Assembly (NCBI GenBank): GCA_012026655.1
Contig: JAAILG010000264.1
Location: 1-64,000 of the forward strand
Reading direction: 5' to 3'
Source of the DNA: Hydrolagus affinis
Lineage: Eukaryota
Length of the DNA stretch: 64,000 nucleotides
The notes under the pieces are model-generated. The model was given only the letters and a program-made list of their open reading frames with translations, did no database searches and had not been told where the DNA came from. Shown one piece after another: positions 61,019 to 64,000 of this stretch. How positions within the stretch are numbered: the first letter of the stretch is position 1; every line of letters starts with the position of its first letter. The translations under genes were made by a program, and so were the position numbers.

Positions 61019-64000
61019 CTGAAATTGAAAAACATTAAAACCATTTAGAAAACCTCAACATCATAGTATGAAAATCTCTTTAAAGTAACTGTACTGTTAA
61101 AGCAACCAATTGAAAACCTCTCCTGAATTAACCATAACCTTTATAAACCAGTTGTTTTCAATGTGCTGATAAATATGTTTGAAGTCCACTGCTTCTGTCA
61201 TTTCAGAAAAAAATGCTTCATTGTTTTGTACGTAAGCTTTTTATTACACATACACAGGGACAAATTAGAAATCAGATTCATTAGTTAACAAATTTTGTGG
61301 GTTATATTTAAGTACATACTCTATAAATACAGTTTATCTTGACTAAATTGATCAATTTCAGGCAGGTCCAATTTTGCTCATTACTATAACAGGAGCAGCT
61401 GGCAGGTCTATTATCTAACATCTATGTTTGCCTTTCATTTTACTTTCAATTGTAATGATCAGTTCCAACCTCCATTGAAAGATTGAGGCCAGCATTTTTA
61501 TGCAGGATGGAACAAAATAGGGCCACCATCCATCTTTTTGTTTGTTTATCAATCTAAGTGAATAGTCAGTAAGAAGGAATGTTCTCTTAAACCGTTTGTT
61601 CTACTTTAAATATGTATAAATTTACTTGGTTGCTACTCGCGCAGAGGCAACTGTCATTCACTGCAAAAGACAAAACATCTAAAATAAACGTCCTTCTGGG
61701 ATCCTGTCATTAGCTGCGTCCTCAATAGCAGAACTCAAAAGTTAACTTTCAAAATGGCCCTTTAACGAAAACAGAATTTGAGCACCAACTTTCACTTCAC
61801 TTCTCTATTATCCTGGCACTTAAACAGTGAGCTTTGGATGTTCATTCCTACTCTATAAATTCAGCCAATTTCCCTGTAAACTTCATATGAACAGTCAGAG
61901 GAACCACAGAATCGTATACTGGATGAGAATGGAAATCGAGTGCAGGATTCAGGACATTGCGACCATAAATCCACATTTTTAATAAAGTATGATCTGAAAG
62001 TACTTACTGAAGCTTTGAAATTGAAAGCTTAAATACGAGTTCAAGAAAGCATAGCTCCACATCACTAACAATGGGAAATGCATTGTAAATCTTAAGTAAT
62101 CTAATGCAGGTATCCTGTATAAAGTGTTGCGAGTGGGCAATCCCAACAGCAAGCCATTAACAAGGTACAGGTCTATATGAAGCATTTGGAAAACAAATTA
62201 CACAGAGTTCAAATAGGAGTTTGGAAATTGGTCTCGACCAGCTGACTTCACCAATGCTAATTTCCATTACCATCAATAGACATCGTTTAGTAAACTGGAA
62301 ACCGGTTTTCAAAATCAGAAACCCCCCTCTCTTAGTTGCAGTAAACAGTAATGTTCTGACATTTATATTATTCCGATTGCCCCCAAAAGGAAATATTCAA
62401 GATTCGTACGCAAACCATTTCAACCGATTCATGACATTCCACCAATGATGTAGTAATAACAATACAACTAATAATAATCCTTGCAATTGATATAGTGCTT
62501 TATCATTTCGTCAACATGTCTCAAAGCGCTTCACAGGATATACTTGTGAAGTGGTGGGAATGAGTAGAAGCTCAGCATGTTGAATACGAGTGCTGGTATA
62601 ATCAAGTATAATAATGTTAATAAATTAAAAATGCAGGATCGCATTTGAATATTAAGCACATGGGGAAGCCTATTTCCCAAACTAATCTTTTTGCACATTT
62701 CCCATAATGAATCCCTTCATATTTACTCTTACTGCACAATCTATCACATATCCTCTGAAGTAGTTTTCAAACACTTCAGTACAGATGTTAGAAAAAGATT
62801 AACATATACTGCCAAGTAACCAGGGGTTATCAATAAACTCTGCAAATTAATTAAATTTCTGTTCCAGCATATCATTTATTTCAATGCATAAATGTCTCCA
62901 GGGAAGCATTTCTCTTTATTGCTAAGCTGCTGGTGAGTGAACAATGTGCAAAGAAGTCTCTTTGATCACAGTTTCAGGCTTGCTTTGCCTTGCTTGCATC
63001 ATGTTATAATCAATGATTTTCCAATTTCAATCAGTAAAATCTCTGCCAGTTCTTGTCCACTGATAGATTGGTGGATTGGGTTAAACCATCCAAATTGTAT
63101 TGCCATCTTACTTTTTCAGTTATTGGATAATATTGATGGTGTGAGTGACATAGCGCTATGAAAGTACAGTAGTACGCAAATTAGAATAAGGTTACAAATG
63201 TACAAACGCACATACAAAGGTTTTAAAGAAATGGTGGATTCTGCAGCAAATTGAGTGCAGTGCAGGTACTGCTAATGCGATTTAAATCAAGCCTCCAACC
63301 GCTCTACCACAATTCCAACATATTAAATTAGCTTACAAAAACAAGCATTTAGAATGGTAAAGACCCATACTTCATTTACACTTCATTCTCACTGCCGGAA
63401 AGGAAAAGATAATAGAAATTCCTTTTAAATTCAATTTTGGCTATAAGTGTAATTGTAGATATACCCCTTGAGTCATGTAAAACGTTTGGCTAATGTTTCA
63501 TTCAAATTATCCTGCTCCAGTACGCATTCTGTGCTTCACAAAGATCTTCAAAATGTATTAGCAGAACTCATTAGGCTGAAATTTAATAACAAAAACATCA
63601 GGTGGATTTCAAGAACGCCCATTATCAGCAGAAGATGGATAGCTTTTATGCTGCTGTGTAGCCAACTGGGCACAATTTAGATTCAACTAACTAATGTGCC
63701 TGATTTTGATTTATCTGCTGTACTTCACTAGGTTTGTCTTTTATAGTGATCTTTTATTACTCTTTAGCTTGATCAATTTATCAGAATTTTGAGGTGGTGT
63801 GGCACTAGGCTTCACAAAATGTTATTACAAAAAAAAGCAGATAAAGTATTCTCTGCACACTGGATTTAATAGGTAATTTGCTTCAGTTGTGACACTATAT
63901 AATTCATATTAGCTGCAAAAGTTACTGCACTTTCTGGAATTTGCGCTTTGAGGCGGTTGATGGTGGAAGTGAAGAGAAAGTTGTTAAGAATACAGTACTT

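Overview
Vertebrate genomic DNA, not prokaryotic. The repeat content (tRNA-headed Deu-domain SINE, L2 and CR1 LINE tails, Penelope-type elements) suggests a cartilaginous fish, possibly a chimaera such as elephant shark; this is inference. Splice sites and reading frames read by hand give four spliced genes. Three lie in tandem on the minus strand: the last four coding exons of RSRC1 (61018-31314, with a 27.7 kb intron), a complete 7-exon MLF1 (29907-18174, 275 aa) and exons 1-13 of GFM1 (16905-3568, continuing off the left edge). The fourth is a plus-strand latexin-family gene (last four exons, 154-1317) nested antisense in GFM1 intron 13. The ORF track misses almost all of this; most listed ORFs are repeat-derived or chance. 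The most notable observations follow. (1) The nested gene sits where mammals have LXN, but its sequence is RARRES1-like (paired Cys, EEGSA tail, triplicated EGS motif). (2) Penelope-type insertions carry degenerate hammerhead-ribozyme cores, one in the loop of a perfect 33-bp hairpin. (3) MLF1 has a 12/24-nt repeat-built C-terminus whose stop codon interrupts the repeat. (4) The MLF1 promoter is packed with RFX X-boxes and MYB sites. (5) GFM1 intron 3 holds a templated inverted duplication. (6) Divergent CTCF motifs and candidate conserved enhancers fit the edge of the SHOX2/RSRC1 regulatory domain. I found no clearly new biological system. All homologue comparisons are from memory, not database searches.
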